Positions 25,126 to 36,671 of a stretch of DNA of 64,000 nt are shown one piece after another. Below the pieces are notes generated by a model, which searched no databases, was not told the origin of the DNA, and saw only the letters and a list, made by a program, of their open reading frames with translations. A program made the position numbers and the translations under genes. The stretch's first letter is position 1. Every line of letters starts with the position of its first letter. Origin of the DNA: Chiloscyllium plagiosum (Eukaryota); NCBI RefSeq assembly GCF_004010195.1, contig NC_057718.1, forward strand, positions 32,806,203 through 32,870,202, written 5' to 3'.

Positions 25126-28100
25126 CCGGTCAAGTTTGTGCACAGACAATTCAGGACATTTTGACATTTGATCAAAGGCAAGGTATTTTAATCATACATA
25201 CACAGGAATCTACTCTTTTAAGAGTATTCAATCTAACTTTGCTTTCAAATACAATTATAATTGTTTCTTGTTTAAATGCTTGCTTTCATCATTATCCAAC
25301 ACAAACATGTTCTTGATAGGAAACGGGCACAAGCCATTCAACTCCAACAATGCTTGAGTTAAAGCAGAAGGTAAGTTTAGGAAGAAAACATCAGTGTTAA
25401 GTGCTCCCAGATATATCCATCGAGTGAGTTGTTATCACTCGATGTTCGAAAGAAAATTGTCACCATGGGTTTCCAAACATGTGCTGATCAGCTGTCGTTA
25501 CTGGCAACCACATCAATTTTGTGGCCTCAAGTTCCAACACTTTTGGTTATTCTTTTATAATCTTGGTCTTGCTGGAGAAAATATTTGTTGACTCAGCTTT
25601 TATATATACAAGATGCACTGGGGCACTTACGTGAGTCGCTGGTGAGTTAAGTGTTCAAATCTGAAAATTCTGATGAACAAAAGTTCATATGAAATTGTTA
25701 CCCTGCTGTTGCAAAATTTGTAATACAGCACGTCAATCAGGTTCAAAGTAACACTAACACATAAGTCTTGCTGTGTGGAACAAACATGAAGAAATGTCAG
25801 GGCACCCGTAACATGACTAAAACAATAATGTAACAAAACAAGGTATGACGGCAGGTGAGTAAGCTAGTGAACTTTGATCATGCTAATGGAAGAACATTGC
25901 TGAGTTGGTGTGATTTGACTCTGAAATCTGTCAATCCATACAGTCAAAATATCAGCAAAGTTGAAAACACACTCTTATTTAAAAAGACTGCTACATATTT
26001 AAGACCATAAAAAAAGCTGGATTGAATTATAATTAATTATTGTACATTCATATACACTAAAGCATCAATTTCTGTTGATAATACACAATTTTAAAATTGA
26101 AATGAGCCCTAATCTATCTTTAATGATACAGATTTGTTGCACATTTCAGCACTCTTTTTGATTTGCATTGCTGATTAATGTACTCTGATTTGAGTCACTG
26201 AATATCTCTTTTGAAAACTCAACAGAGAAATCACCATATGGTGAATGGGCAGTCATTTCTGATTCCATTGCAGAGAATGCTAGGGCATTGCTGAATTACT
26301 TGCTTTTTTTAAAAATGCTCCCATTTAGCTTTGACAAAAATCATGAAGATTTATATTGGTATCAAACTTTTTATATCACAAATTTATTTTTTAAAATATA
26401 AATTTATTCTTCACTAATGGGTATTCTGGAACCATATGTGCTTTGCTTATATCTGTGTAAACTGATCTCCTGTCTATTAAATTCGCAAAAAGTTCTTAAC
26501 ACTTTAACCAGGTTTCATAATTGTCTTCCTTTCATCAGATATAGGGCTGTGTTCTGAGTAGGTGAAGTAGACTTTTGGGTGCTGTTCATGTGTCTGATTA
26601 CCAAAAATAAAATGCGACTTTAAAATACTCGGCAGTTTTAGCAATAGTCCCTCAAATTTTCTGATGGTGTTGAATGATTCATTCGAACCTTTTAAAATGA
26701 TCTCAATCTCTATTAAAATGTACAGTAATGGATAGTTGGAAGTGATCATAAGGCAGATATCTGACCAAAGGGTTCACAATATTTGCATGCTTGGTTTTGA
26801 ATGCCTTTGAAACTTGAAATTAGATTATAACCTTAAAATCACTTGTTAGCATCTTCAGAATGCAAAGCACTTGATGTTTTATATTCAGTCTAATGTGGAT
26901 TTTTTTTTAAAGTCTGTCTTTGTAATATAGAACCAGATGCTGATCTGCCCTCAGTCCTTGACCATTTTCACATGATGATAACTGACTGTGACATGCTTAT
27001 TGCAATTTAAAGGAAAATGTGAAGCAATCTTTTTCCAGTGCATATTGCAAATTTTAATTTTGCTATGTTTAATGTTGATTTTTGTTTTGCCAAATCCTGC
27101 ATTAATAGATTACATGTGGCATTTCAGTTGTTTTCCCTTTAGCATAACTCAGAGGAGCTTCATGTAATCTAAGTGGTGGCATGTTTGCTCGTGAGTTAAA
27201 TAATTGAGAGTTTAGCATGTACATTGAGAAGTAGCGAACTAGATTTCAAAGACTGGTCTCTGAAGCAACGTCATTGTTGCTCTTTGGGTCAGATTATTTT
27301 TCATTGGTCTATTTGTATCCTAAGCATGGAAAATGCTTATGTCATTTTGGAAAGCTTTTCAATTATACACTCTCTCTCAAAATTAGATTTATTGTTCCAG
27401 TCTTTCAAAACTGTTTGATTTTTAATCCCATTTAAATTTTTTTTGCTGTATTGAGTCATGCTTTGACCTACACTACGCAGGCCTATTTACAGAATTCTTG
27501 AAACATTACCATTGTCCATCTCTACAAATGAAAGCACCATGATGTAACAGCATTGTTTGAAGTTTATTTGAAATTATGATTGACAGGTGTCAATTTGTTG
27601 ATCAAGTTTTAGTGGGGAGGGGGGTGGGAGATCTCAATAATTGGGTAATTCAATGCAACCTTGATGCTTGAATACTGACTACATATTTTCTAAAAGGTGT
27701 TCAGTAGTCTTATGATATTTATGACACCAGTTCTACTGAGTAAAAACCATCTTGCGACACTGCTACAATCAAGAGTTTGTTCATTGAAGGATTGAGGTGC
27801 ATTGAGAAAGCAAATTAAATAAGCAAACAGACTGAGAAAAAAGACTGGCAGCTAATACAAAATTGAATTGAATGAAAATGTCTTCAGTAGGCATATTAAA
27901 AAGTCAAATTCTGGTAAGAGGAGGAATGGGCCAACTCGGGAACCGAAAGGATATTTGCACACAGACATAGAGGGCATGACTGAAGTATTAAATGAACATT
28001 TTACTTCTGTCCTTTCCAAATATGCCCAGACCATGTTGAAAGAGGAAGTAATTCAGACACATGAGTTTAAAATTGATTGATAACATTGGAGAGGGTGTCT

Positions 28101-28687
28101 GCACTTAACGTTGATAAGACAGCAGGACCAGACACAAGGTATCCATGGATACCGAGGGAAGTGAGTGTGCAAATTGCAGGAGCACTGGCTATAAGTTTTC
28201 AAAGACACTGGGCAATGCCAGAGGTTTGGACAATTGCAGACATTATTTCCTTGTTCAAAAGGAAGTATAAAAGGTGTACAACAAGAGCCAATCCTGTGGC
28301 ATCATGGGTGGCCTGTCTGTTCAGGGGGTGAGGCAGAAAGTGGAAAGGGTGTTACTTACTGATAGGGGATTCTTTAGTTAGGGGAACAGATATGTGTTTC
28401 AGTAAGTTTACTTTGAGTCCAGAATGGTGTGTTGCCTCCATGGTGCTAGGGTCAACGTTGTCACAGAATGGCTGTGGGACATTGTTCGGGTGGGTACAGA
28501 GATGTACAACAACATGTAATGTCACTCCATGTATCTCCATGTAATGCATGGAATATGGTTCATTAAGATCGGGCGGTTTTAGGCCCAGAGTCTGTATTGG
28601 ATTATTATGTTGAAGTGATAAATATTGCTTGACTTGAGGAAGGGCAGGTCTGAGTTAAATAGAACGATACAGGGTATACCTCAATTG

Positions 28688-28808
28688 AGTGGTGCTGGAA
28701 AAGCACAGCAGGTCAGGTGGCATCCGAGGAGCAGGAAAATCGACAATTCAGGCATAAGCCCTTCATCTTGACTCAGATCTCCAGCATCTGCAGTCCTTGC
28801 TTTCTTCT
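28688..28808. mobile_element. Short Penelope-type terminal fragment with inverted junction
   Basis: 4402 family: minus arm up to aagcccttcatc, then the plus-strand end gatctccagcatctgcagtcc. Confidence 0.65.
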
Positions 28809-29269
28809 ACAAAGCATAGCTCAACCTTCCTTGAGTACTTATTCACCTTCCTGTCAACGTATGCCCCCCACCCCCCCCAACCCAATATACTGTACACACG
28901 TTTCAGTCACTGTCAAAGTGTCCTTGGGACCTTTTAACTGGGAGGGTGGTGGAAACTGATTCCATACGAGGTTTCAAAAGGAAATCGGCTAGGAATTTGC
29001 AAGTGATGAAATTCAAGGGCTACGGAGATGGGGTAAGAGAATGAGACTCGCTGGGTAGCTCTTTCAGAAGTCAGGACAGACATGATGGATTGAATGGTCT
29101 CCTTCTATACTATAAATTTCTATGATTTAGAGACAATAGGAAAATTTAAAGGCTCTTTTGAGCAGTGCTGTGCAGTATGGGAGATGCTTTGGAGGCTTCA
29201 AGGATAGAATTGATTTGGCTAGAGCCAAAGAATAAGAATAATAACGTTGCATTACTTGGTGTAATCTAC

Positions 29270-29550
29270 AGAATCATAGGCCGAATGGCTATAGGAGATT
29301 CTATCAAATCCTTGCTGACCCGTGAAAGAGTTTCCCACCCACTCTATCCCTGTCAACCTGCATTTCACCTAATTCACCTAAAATGCATGTCTGTGGACTG
29401 TGGGAGGAAACCAGAGTACCCGGAGGAAACCCACACAGACACAGGGAGAATGTCTGTGTAGAATTTGCACAGTCGTCTGAGGGTGGAATCGAACCCAGGT
29501 CCCTGGTACTGTGAGGCAGCAATGGTAACTACTCAGCAACCACGTTGCCC
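29270..29550 (-). mobile_element. V-SINE (older subfamily) with internal micro-inversion
   Basis: V-domain gactgtgggaggaaaccagagtacccggaggaaaccc and tRNA-like head on the minus strand. Confidence 0.8.
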
Positions 29551-32500
29551 ATCAACTAGGAGTAAAGGTGTACAAGTAGGCAGCTGATGATAAAGATTAC
29601 AGTATTCTACACTTCATAACTAAGAGCTAAGTGCAAGAGCAAGGAGGTTATGCTGAACCTAAATGGGACACTGGTTAGAGCTCGGCTGGAGTTCTGTGTA
29701 CAGTTCTGGGCACCACACGTTTAGCAGGATGTGACTGCATTAAAAACAGTGCAAAAAAGGTTTATGAGATTGCTCTGGTGATGAGAAACTTCTGTTATGA
29801 AAATAGACTGGAGAAACTATGACTGTTTTCATTGGAGAGGAGAGGGCTAAAAAGACTTTATAGAAGTTTCAAAATTGAGAGGTCTGGACAGTATATAGGA
29901 AGAAATTGTTTCTGCTCATATTAGTATTGAGAATCAGACAGCACAGATTTAGTGTTTTGCAAAATAAGCAAATGCGAAGTGAGGAAAAGTCATTTTCACT
30001 GAGTAGTTAAAAGTCTGGAATGCACTGTCTGGGGTATGTTCAATGGAGACATTCAAAAGAGCATTGTTTCTATTTAAATACCCCTCCAATGTGAAGTGTT
30101 TTTACTAAAAGGCAGGAGTTTGGCACCAAGTCAAAATGCTCAGACCCAGTACAGACAAGATGGGCCAAATGGCCTTCTGCACCAAAACACTAACATTCCA
30201 TTCATTTCACTCAGTGGGAGGATTTTAGAAATGATAATTTGGGACAAAATTAATAGTCACTTGGACAAATAGTCACTTTATACATAAATGATCTGGATGA
30301 AGGGACTAGGGGCATTCTGGCAAAATTTGCCGATGATATGAAGTTAGGCAGACAGGCAGGTAATACTGAGGAGGTGGGGAGGCAGGGAGGCTGCAGAAGG
30401 ATTCAGACAGTTTAGGAGAGTGATCCAAGAAATGGCTGATGGAATTTAATGTGAGCAAATGGGAGGTCTTGCACTTTGGAAAAAAGAACACCGGCATAGA
30501 CTATTTTCTAAACGGTGAGAAAATTCATAAAGCCAAAGTACAAAGGGATCTGGGAGTGCTAGTCCAGGATTCTCTAAAGGTTGACTTGCAGTTTGAGTCC
30601 GTGGTTAAGAAAGCAAATGTAATGTTGTCATTTATCTCAAGAGGGTTGGATTGTAAAAGCAGTGATATGCTACTGAGACTTTATAAAGCTCTGGTTAAGC
30701 CACATTTGGAATACTGTCCAATTTTAGTCCCCACACCTCAGGAAGGACATACTGGCACTGGAGTGTGTCCAGTGGAGATTCACACAGATGATCCCTGGAA
30801 TGGTAGGCCTAACATATGATGATCGTCTGAGGGACCTGGGATTGTATTCATTAGAGTTTAGAAGATTGATGGAGATCTTATAGAAACTTACAAGATAATT
30901 CATGGCTTAGGAAGGGTGGACGCTGGGAAATTGTTTCCAAACGATGGGGATACTAGGACCCATGGGCACAGCCTTAGAATTAGAGGGGATCAATTTAGAA
31001 TGGAAATGAGACATTTCTTCAGCCAGAGAGTGGTGGACCTCTGGAATTCATAGCCACGGAGCACAGTGGAGGGTGGGACGTTAGGTGTCTTCAAATGCAG
31101 AGATTGATAAATTATTAATCTTGCAAGTAATTAAGGGATACAGAGAGAATGCAGGTAAGTGGTGTTGAAATGCCCATCAGCCATGATTGAATGGCAGAGT
31201 GGAGTCGATGGGCCGAAAGACCTTCCTTCCACTCCCCCTACTTATGGTTTTAAATGGTTAATTAGGAAAGCCAACATTAAATTTGAGAGGGGCAAATTGT
31301 GTTCAACTAACTTAGAGTTTTTGAGGTGTCCGATTGAGAATATTGCTGTTTGTTGTATCCAAAACTTTATGAAGGTAACTTGATAAAATGCCGCACAATA
31401 GAATATTGAGCAAACTTAGATCTTGTAGAATAAAAAGGACAGTAGTAGCATGAATATGAATCAATGATGGGAAACATTTTGGTATACATTTTTTTTTTGT
31501 ACTTCAGAAAGGTTGCTTGTGGAGCTCCCAAATGTTGGTGTTAGGATTCTTGCTTTTCCTGATGTATATTTATTAATGACCCAGACCTTTGGGTAAATGG
31601 CAACATTTCAAAATGTTCTAATGATATAGAACTTGGAAACATTGTGAATTGTGTGGAGGAGAGTGTAAATTGTGAACAGAATAATCTGAGGACCTAGACA
31701 GATTGCTAGAATTGGGGGATAAGTGGCATAAGAAATTTAATGGAGAAAGTTGTATTGTGTAAAGGGGTACCAGGGTTTACATGTGCAGCTATCATGGTAG
31801 GAAAGCTTGAGAGAACAGATAATAAAGCATTTAGCTTTATCAAAAGAGGCAGAAGGGAACAAAGCACTGGTCTTTAGGGCTGTTGTGACATTGTGATATT
31901 GTCCCTGCCAGGAAAGTCTGGGTTCACGACTCATCTGCTTCAGAGCTGTGCCATTACATATCTAAATAATTCAAATAAAATATTTAAAACACTGGTTTGG
32001 CCTCACCTGGAGCACTGACCATTTCTGGGTATCACACTTTTGGGAAGGGTGTGGAAAATAGAATTGATGAGGAACGTAAATTGTGTAGAAAGTGAGAGGA
32101 GGTAAGACTTGGAGAAAAGGTGGTCAAGAGGAAATTTGGTAAGGGTTATTCTAAACCATGGAGCGAAAGATGGCTTCTATTGGTGGAAGGATTGATCACC
32201 AAAGGGCACAGATTTACATAATTGGCAAAGGAAACAATGGAGGAAAATCATCTGCAAGCAGTAAGTGGTTAAGGTCTAGAATACACTGTCTGCATGTGAT
32301 GGAAACAGGGTCATTTGAATTTTTCCATCCGAAAAGGAAATCTGGCAGGGTGGTGAGGCCAAAGGCATGGGAGTACTATGAGGTGAATTGTTCATTCAGA
32401 CATAATGGATTGAAAGGTTTCCTCCCAGTGTTGTACGCATTCAATGATTTAAAATTGTCTGAATATGCTTCTGAGGAGAAGAGCATTTTGTAATGTTAAA

Positions 32501-33035
32501 ATCCTAAGATTGTAGCAAATTTGAACTAATACAATCCCCTTATTCCATCAAGTTCATAGCTCCCTAAGGGTAATGCATTTTGCTTAGCAACTGAATATTC
32601 TACTTTGACTGAATAAAGTAACTTCCATTGAGTGGTATATCTATAATTGTAATACTGCAAAATAAAAATTGTCATTTTCTTCTTTAAACACCTTGTCACA
32701 ATAGTAGGAAAAAGTAAAGATTCAGGAAGATGGATACTCTAAGCTCTAGAAACTTACATCTCTATGAACCAAAAGCCAGTGCTAACTGGTGCAATATTAT
32801 CCTGAACTTGTAAAATTCTAAGTCCTGGTTACTCAAAACAATATGCAGTGCAACCAGTTGGATCCACACCAAAGTGCCATGAATGAAGGACCCATTCCAT
32901 GAAATCCATTTGAAAGGAAGCTTTAGAACATTAATTTTCAGCAAAAGCTCAGTTGTTTGAAATATCTGGAAAATGTGCAACAAACAGACTTCTAAATTTG
33001 TCTGAAATTCATATTCTGTATGGATTGTTTTTCAG

Positions 33036-33131
33036 ATTGATCTTCGTGATGACCCAAGAACTTTAACTAGACTAAATACCCTGAAGGAAAAGCCTGTGAC
33101 TACAGAGCAAGGGGAGAAGTTGGCAAAGGGG
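33036..33131 (+). CDS. RHOQ: RHOQ coding exon 4
   Basis: Acceptor gtttttcag; 96 bp [32 protein letters not shown] (completes TQID, Rho insert helix); donor GGG|gtacag. Confidence 0.96.
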
Positions 33132-34343
33132 GTACAGTGTTTCACTTGAGATCAGATTTTGCTATTCAACAGAGTGTTACTTTCTGAACTGGACATGCTA
33201 ATGATTGGAGCATATCGAAATTTCTAAAATATTGATTCTTTTATTTAAAAAAAGGACCAGGATTCACAGCTTTGTATTTTCCCTTCACATAGAGCAGTGT
33301 TATTCTCTAAAATGTTCGATGAGCCATTACCATAATACTTTGAAGGAATGCTAAAGTATTTGAATTTGACTTTTTATTTCTTTTAGTCTCCCATTTTCAT
33401 CAAAACCACACCAAGGTTCAAAGCTTTATTAATAGAGTGTGTGTGGGCTGAGAAAAGAGCAGTCAATTCTCAGTTGACCATTATAGTAGCTATTTATACA
33501 ACCAAGTCTGCACCGTGAACCTGAAAGTGGTGATTGTTAATATAAACGGGTCATTAGATTAAATGAAATCAGCAATCAGACTGCAGGCTACTTAGCAGTA
33601 GATGTCTGCAGAATTGAATGAGTAAATCCAATTGCAGCAGAACAAAATGTACTAAGTTGCAAGGCTCATTCAAGGTTTGGCCTTAGACACCAAGTGATGC
33701 AAGAATCAGCTTAGATTTTAGTTCTAACTCTGTGCTTGTTCAACTCCAAGGCTGGGAGCAATTAGGTTTAACTGGGAAACTGTTGGCATGTTTGTTTTTC
33801 CTCATCCTCTCCCATTTCCCTTGGCTCAGTTTGCTATCTATCCTCCTGGGTTTTATTGCCAGTGACTCAGCTGGGCTTGAGCATGGTTGCATTCCTCTTT
33901 TGCTGAGGTCTCATCACCTGGTGCAATTCACCAAAAAGAAATGCGATTATAGCCAGGATCAGGTTTGCTACAGAAGCAAAAGAACTAGCTTGCACCTTCT
34001 TTATTGATTTCAAGGCAGCTTTTGGCGCTGATTGGGCCTCAACTGGCCAAACCTTATATCCCACAGTTTAAAAATTACTGCTCTATGTTCAGAGTGTAGC
34101 CATTTGGAAAAGTCACTGCAGAATAAGTCAGTACCTTTAGGATAATCAGAGGAAGCAAACTTAAATGATGGGGAAGATATGGTGATTTTGGTTAAATTGA
34201 GGAATTGAATTTTACATTCAAGTTGTTTTCCTCAGTTAAGATTTTACAAATGAAATAACTCTCCAGACTATTTGTCTAATTTTCTGTTGCCATTGCAACA
34301 AAATTTGTAAAATATAACTCCATTCCTTTTTGCCATCTGACAG

Positions 34344-34499
34344 ATTGGAGCATATTGTTACGTGGAGTGTTCAGCATTAACACAGAAAGGACTGAAGACT
34401 GTCTTTGATGAAGCCATAATAGCCATTCTAACTCCAAAGAAAAATGTTTTGAAAAAACGACTTGGATCAAGATGTATAAACTGCTGTATGATCACATGA
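34344..34499 (+). CDS. RHOQ: RHOQ coding exon 5 (last)
   Basis: Acceptor ctgacag; [54 protein letters not shown]; polybasic tail and CaaX box CMIT resemble the RHOQ C-terminus. Joined CDS is 621 nt = 206 aa + stop with no frameshift. Confidence 0.98.
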   Translation: MGAYCYVECSALTQKGLKTVFDEAIIAILTPKKNVLKKRLGSRCINCCMIT

Positions 34500-34759
34500 G
34501 TGAGGATACAGGAACAAAAGCTGATCCAGCCCACTGTGAAGAACCCTCCAGCAACTATAAAATAGTGCTTGTATTACATATAATGTGTGCATTGCAGCTA
34601 AAGATGGAAGTAATCTAGATTCATCGTCAACTGCACAAGTTTTGTACTGTCTGGAAAATAATAGCAAATTGATGTCATATGGAGGAATTTATTTCCCTGG
34701 AAAGTACAATGTCAAAGATTCTCAGGGGTTGTTTCATTTGCAAAAGCTACAATTTTCTT

Positions 34760-34775
34760 CCCCCCCCCCCCCCCC
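34760..34775. repeat. C16 / G16 homopolymer between the RHOQ and PIGF stops
   Basis: 16 consecutive C on +. Confidence 0.9.
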
Positions 34776-34858
34776 TTAAGTTAGGAAGCAAATCATCTGA
34801 GGCATGCCACAGAAAAACTTATTCTGTTCTGGAACAGTGTTCAAGAAAAGTAAACATT

Positions 34859-34864
34859 TTTATT
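34859..34864 (-). terminator. Candidate PIGF polyadenylation signal
   Basis: tttatt on + = AATAAA on -; first canonical hexamer, ~110 nt after the PIGF stop. Confidence 0.6.
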
Positions 34865-34870
34865 CTACAA

Positions 34871-34876
34871 AATAAA
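34871..34876 (+). terminator. Candidate proximal RHOQ polyadenylation signal
   Basis: First AATAAA I find after the RHOQ stop; further AATAAA near 35526, 35618 and 36153 could be distal sites. Confidence 0.45.
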
Positions 34877-34975
34877 GCCTTGGAGAGATGCCGATTACCC
34901 ACATGTGGTTCTGCATAGTTCGGAATGGAGTTGGTTTAACCAAATGTATTAGAGCCTTCTCAATAGCTGCTGAAA

Positions 34976-35089
34976 TCATCTGCATTTGTATGTGAGGTGT
35001 TTCTTGTGCCAGTATATCCATAATGGTGCGATGACAAGACTGATAGTGAATCCAAATGTTGCTCCAAGTGTACAGGAAATTGGCCACAC
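34976..35089 (-). CDS. PIGF: PIGF last coding exon
   Basis: Minus strand: acceptor gttcacag; VWPISCTLGATFGFTISLVIAPLWIYWHKKHLTYKCR-TGA continues in phase 0 from RPWQ and matches the vertebrate PIGF C-terminus; intron of ~25.6 kb. Confidence 0.96.
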   Translation of the reverse strand: MWPISCTLGATFGFTISLVIAPLWIYWHKKHLTYKCR

Positions 35090-36349
35090 CTGTGAACAGT
35101 AACAACCATAATGATGGGTTGCACATGAAGAAACTCTTAAGCACAGATTTTAAAACAAACTAGTCTTTTGCCTAACCTGGCTTTAATCAGAAGTTAAAAG
35201 TGAAATCTGTATAGCAAAGTATCAAATTTGTTTCCTAATGCTGTTCTTTTCTGCAAGTGGGGAACAAGTTTAAAAAAAATTTGTACTTTCATTTTCACCA
35301 TTACAGCCATTTATACACACAATGTTTCTTAAAAATTATGACAATTTTCTGTAGGGTTCACCTACTTTTGGCAAGTTTACTTAAAGAATGTTAAACACTA
35401 AAACTTATATACCACACCTGTATTAATCTAGGTTTTTCTTGAGTTTAAAATGATTATAGGAAACATCCTCTTCTGTAGAAAAATGTGAAATACAGCAACA
35501 TTAAGAGTTGCAAGCTACATCAAAAAATAAAGTTTGATTCCTTTCCCCACCACCTCTCCATTCAGTGTCCTGAAACTGGATACTGAGGATTCAACTTTGT
35601 AATGTTGTTTGATACAAAATAAATGTTATTATTTCAGTGTATAGTGGTGTAAAATCATTTAACCCTGTTAATGCCAATGAGGGAATGCTCATTCTATTTT
35701 TCTGCTGTTCTTGACTGCAAAATATAGAATGCAACCTCTTTTTCAAGAGGAGTAAAACCAGTACCATAAAGATTAGCAAACCTGTGTGGCAACGAACAAG
35801 CTATAAGTTTACACACCGTTCCAACTGATTGCTCTTTATTCTAAACATCATTTAAAATAAAATACCACTGCAGACAAGAATATTTAGATTTAGGGTAACA
35901 GACACAGTTCTTATTTCATAGGACCGATGTTTAACTTTAATTTGCTGATATTTTGACTCTTTCAGTAGATAAGCTGGTCATACCAGATTCATCTTTTGAT
36001 TTTATGTTGGTTATGGAAATTGATTTTTTTTTTGTTTTTAAATTGCAGCTGTTATGAAAAAGGGATTGTTTCTTATAAGGTATACACTAAGCAACCAGTA
36101 GAGGAAATATGACTGTTGGTCAGCATCTTTTCAATTGTATGTGGGGAAATCAAATAAATGAACACAGATATTTAGTGAAAATGAAAATTTTGAAACAATG
36201 GAACAATTTGTTGCATTTGGAGTGATTTTGATACCTTAGAAAAAGGTAAGAGGAGGAATTGCATTTAGAGAATTTCACAGGAACATTCATGTGACTAGGA
36301 TCACTAACTTGAATTGTAGGAAGTTACAATAAAGGTCATCAGGACCAAA

Positions 36350-36671
36350 CGGTGGCACAGTGGTTAGCACTGCTGCCTCACAGCTCCAGAGACCCGGGTT
36401 CAATTCCCACCTCAGGCGACTGACTGTGTGGAGTTTGCACATTCTCCCCGTGTCTGCGTGGGTTTCCTCCGGGTGCTCCGGTTTCCTCCCACAGTCCAAA
36501 GATGTGCAGGTCAGGTGAATTGGCCATGCTAAATTGCCCGTAGTGTTAGGTAAGGGGTAAATGTAGGGGTATGGGTGGGTTACGCTTCGGCGGGTCGGTG
36601 TGGACTTGTTGGGCCGAAGGGCCTGTTTCCACACTGTAATGTAATCTAATGTAATCTAATCTAATCTAATC
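36350..36671 (+). mobile_element. Young HE1-like V-SINE
   Basis: A box tggcacagtgg, B box ggttcaattccc, V-domain, tail (aatct)n; CpGs retained; possible TSD caaac. Confidence 0.93.

Larger units (their letters stand above)
27790..32460 (+). mobile_element. Cluster of nested CR1 fragments in RHOQ intron 3
   Basis: ORF2 pieces (VLNEHFTSV, MEFNVSKWEVLHFGKKN, RLYKALVKPHLEYC); an ORF1 esterase-like piece IGDSLVRGTD..RMVCCL at 28361-28460; several 3' tails; best preserved copy ~30280-31250. Confidence 0.88.

Noticed and set aside
30439..30819. Intact or active LINE ORF
   Set aside because: All RT pieces in the window are truncated and frameshifted; no full ORF2 is present.
33867..34064. Minus ORF containing KVWPV as the PIGF last exon
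   Set aside because: The similarity is only 3 residues; the real exon with full homology and an AG acceptor is at 34976-35089.
14594..34499. RHOJ or CDC42 instead of RHOQ
   Set aside because: The short N-terminus, [21 protein letters not shown], the C-terminal [10 protein letters not shown] and linkage to PIGF all point to RHOQ.
36350..36420. tRNA genes at SINE heads
   Set aside because: A/B boxes are present but run straight into the V-domain and LINE tail in every copy; these are SINE promoters.
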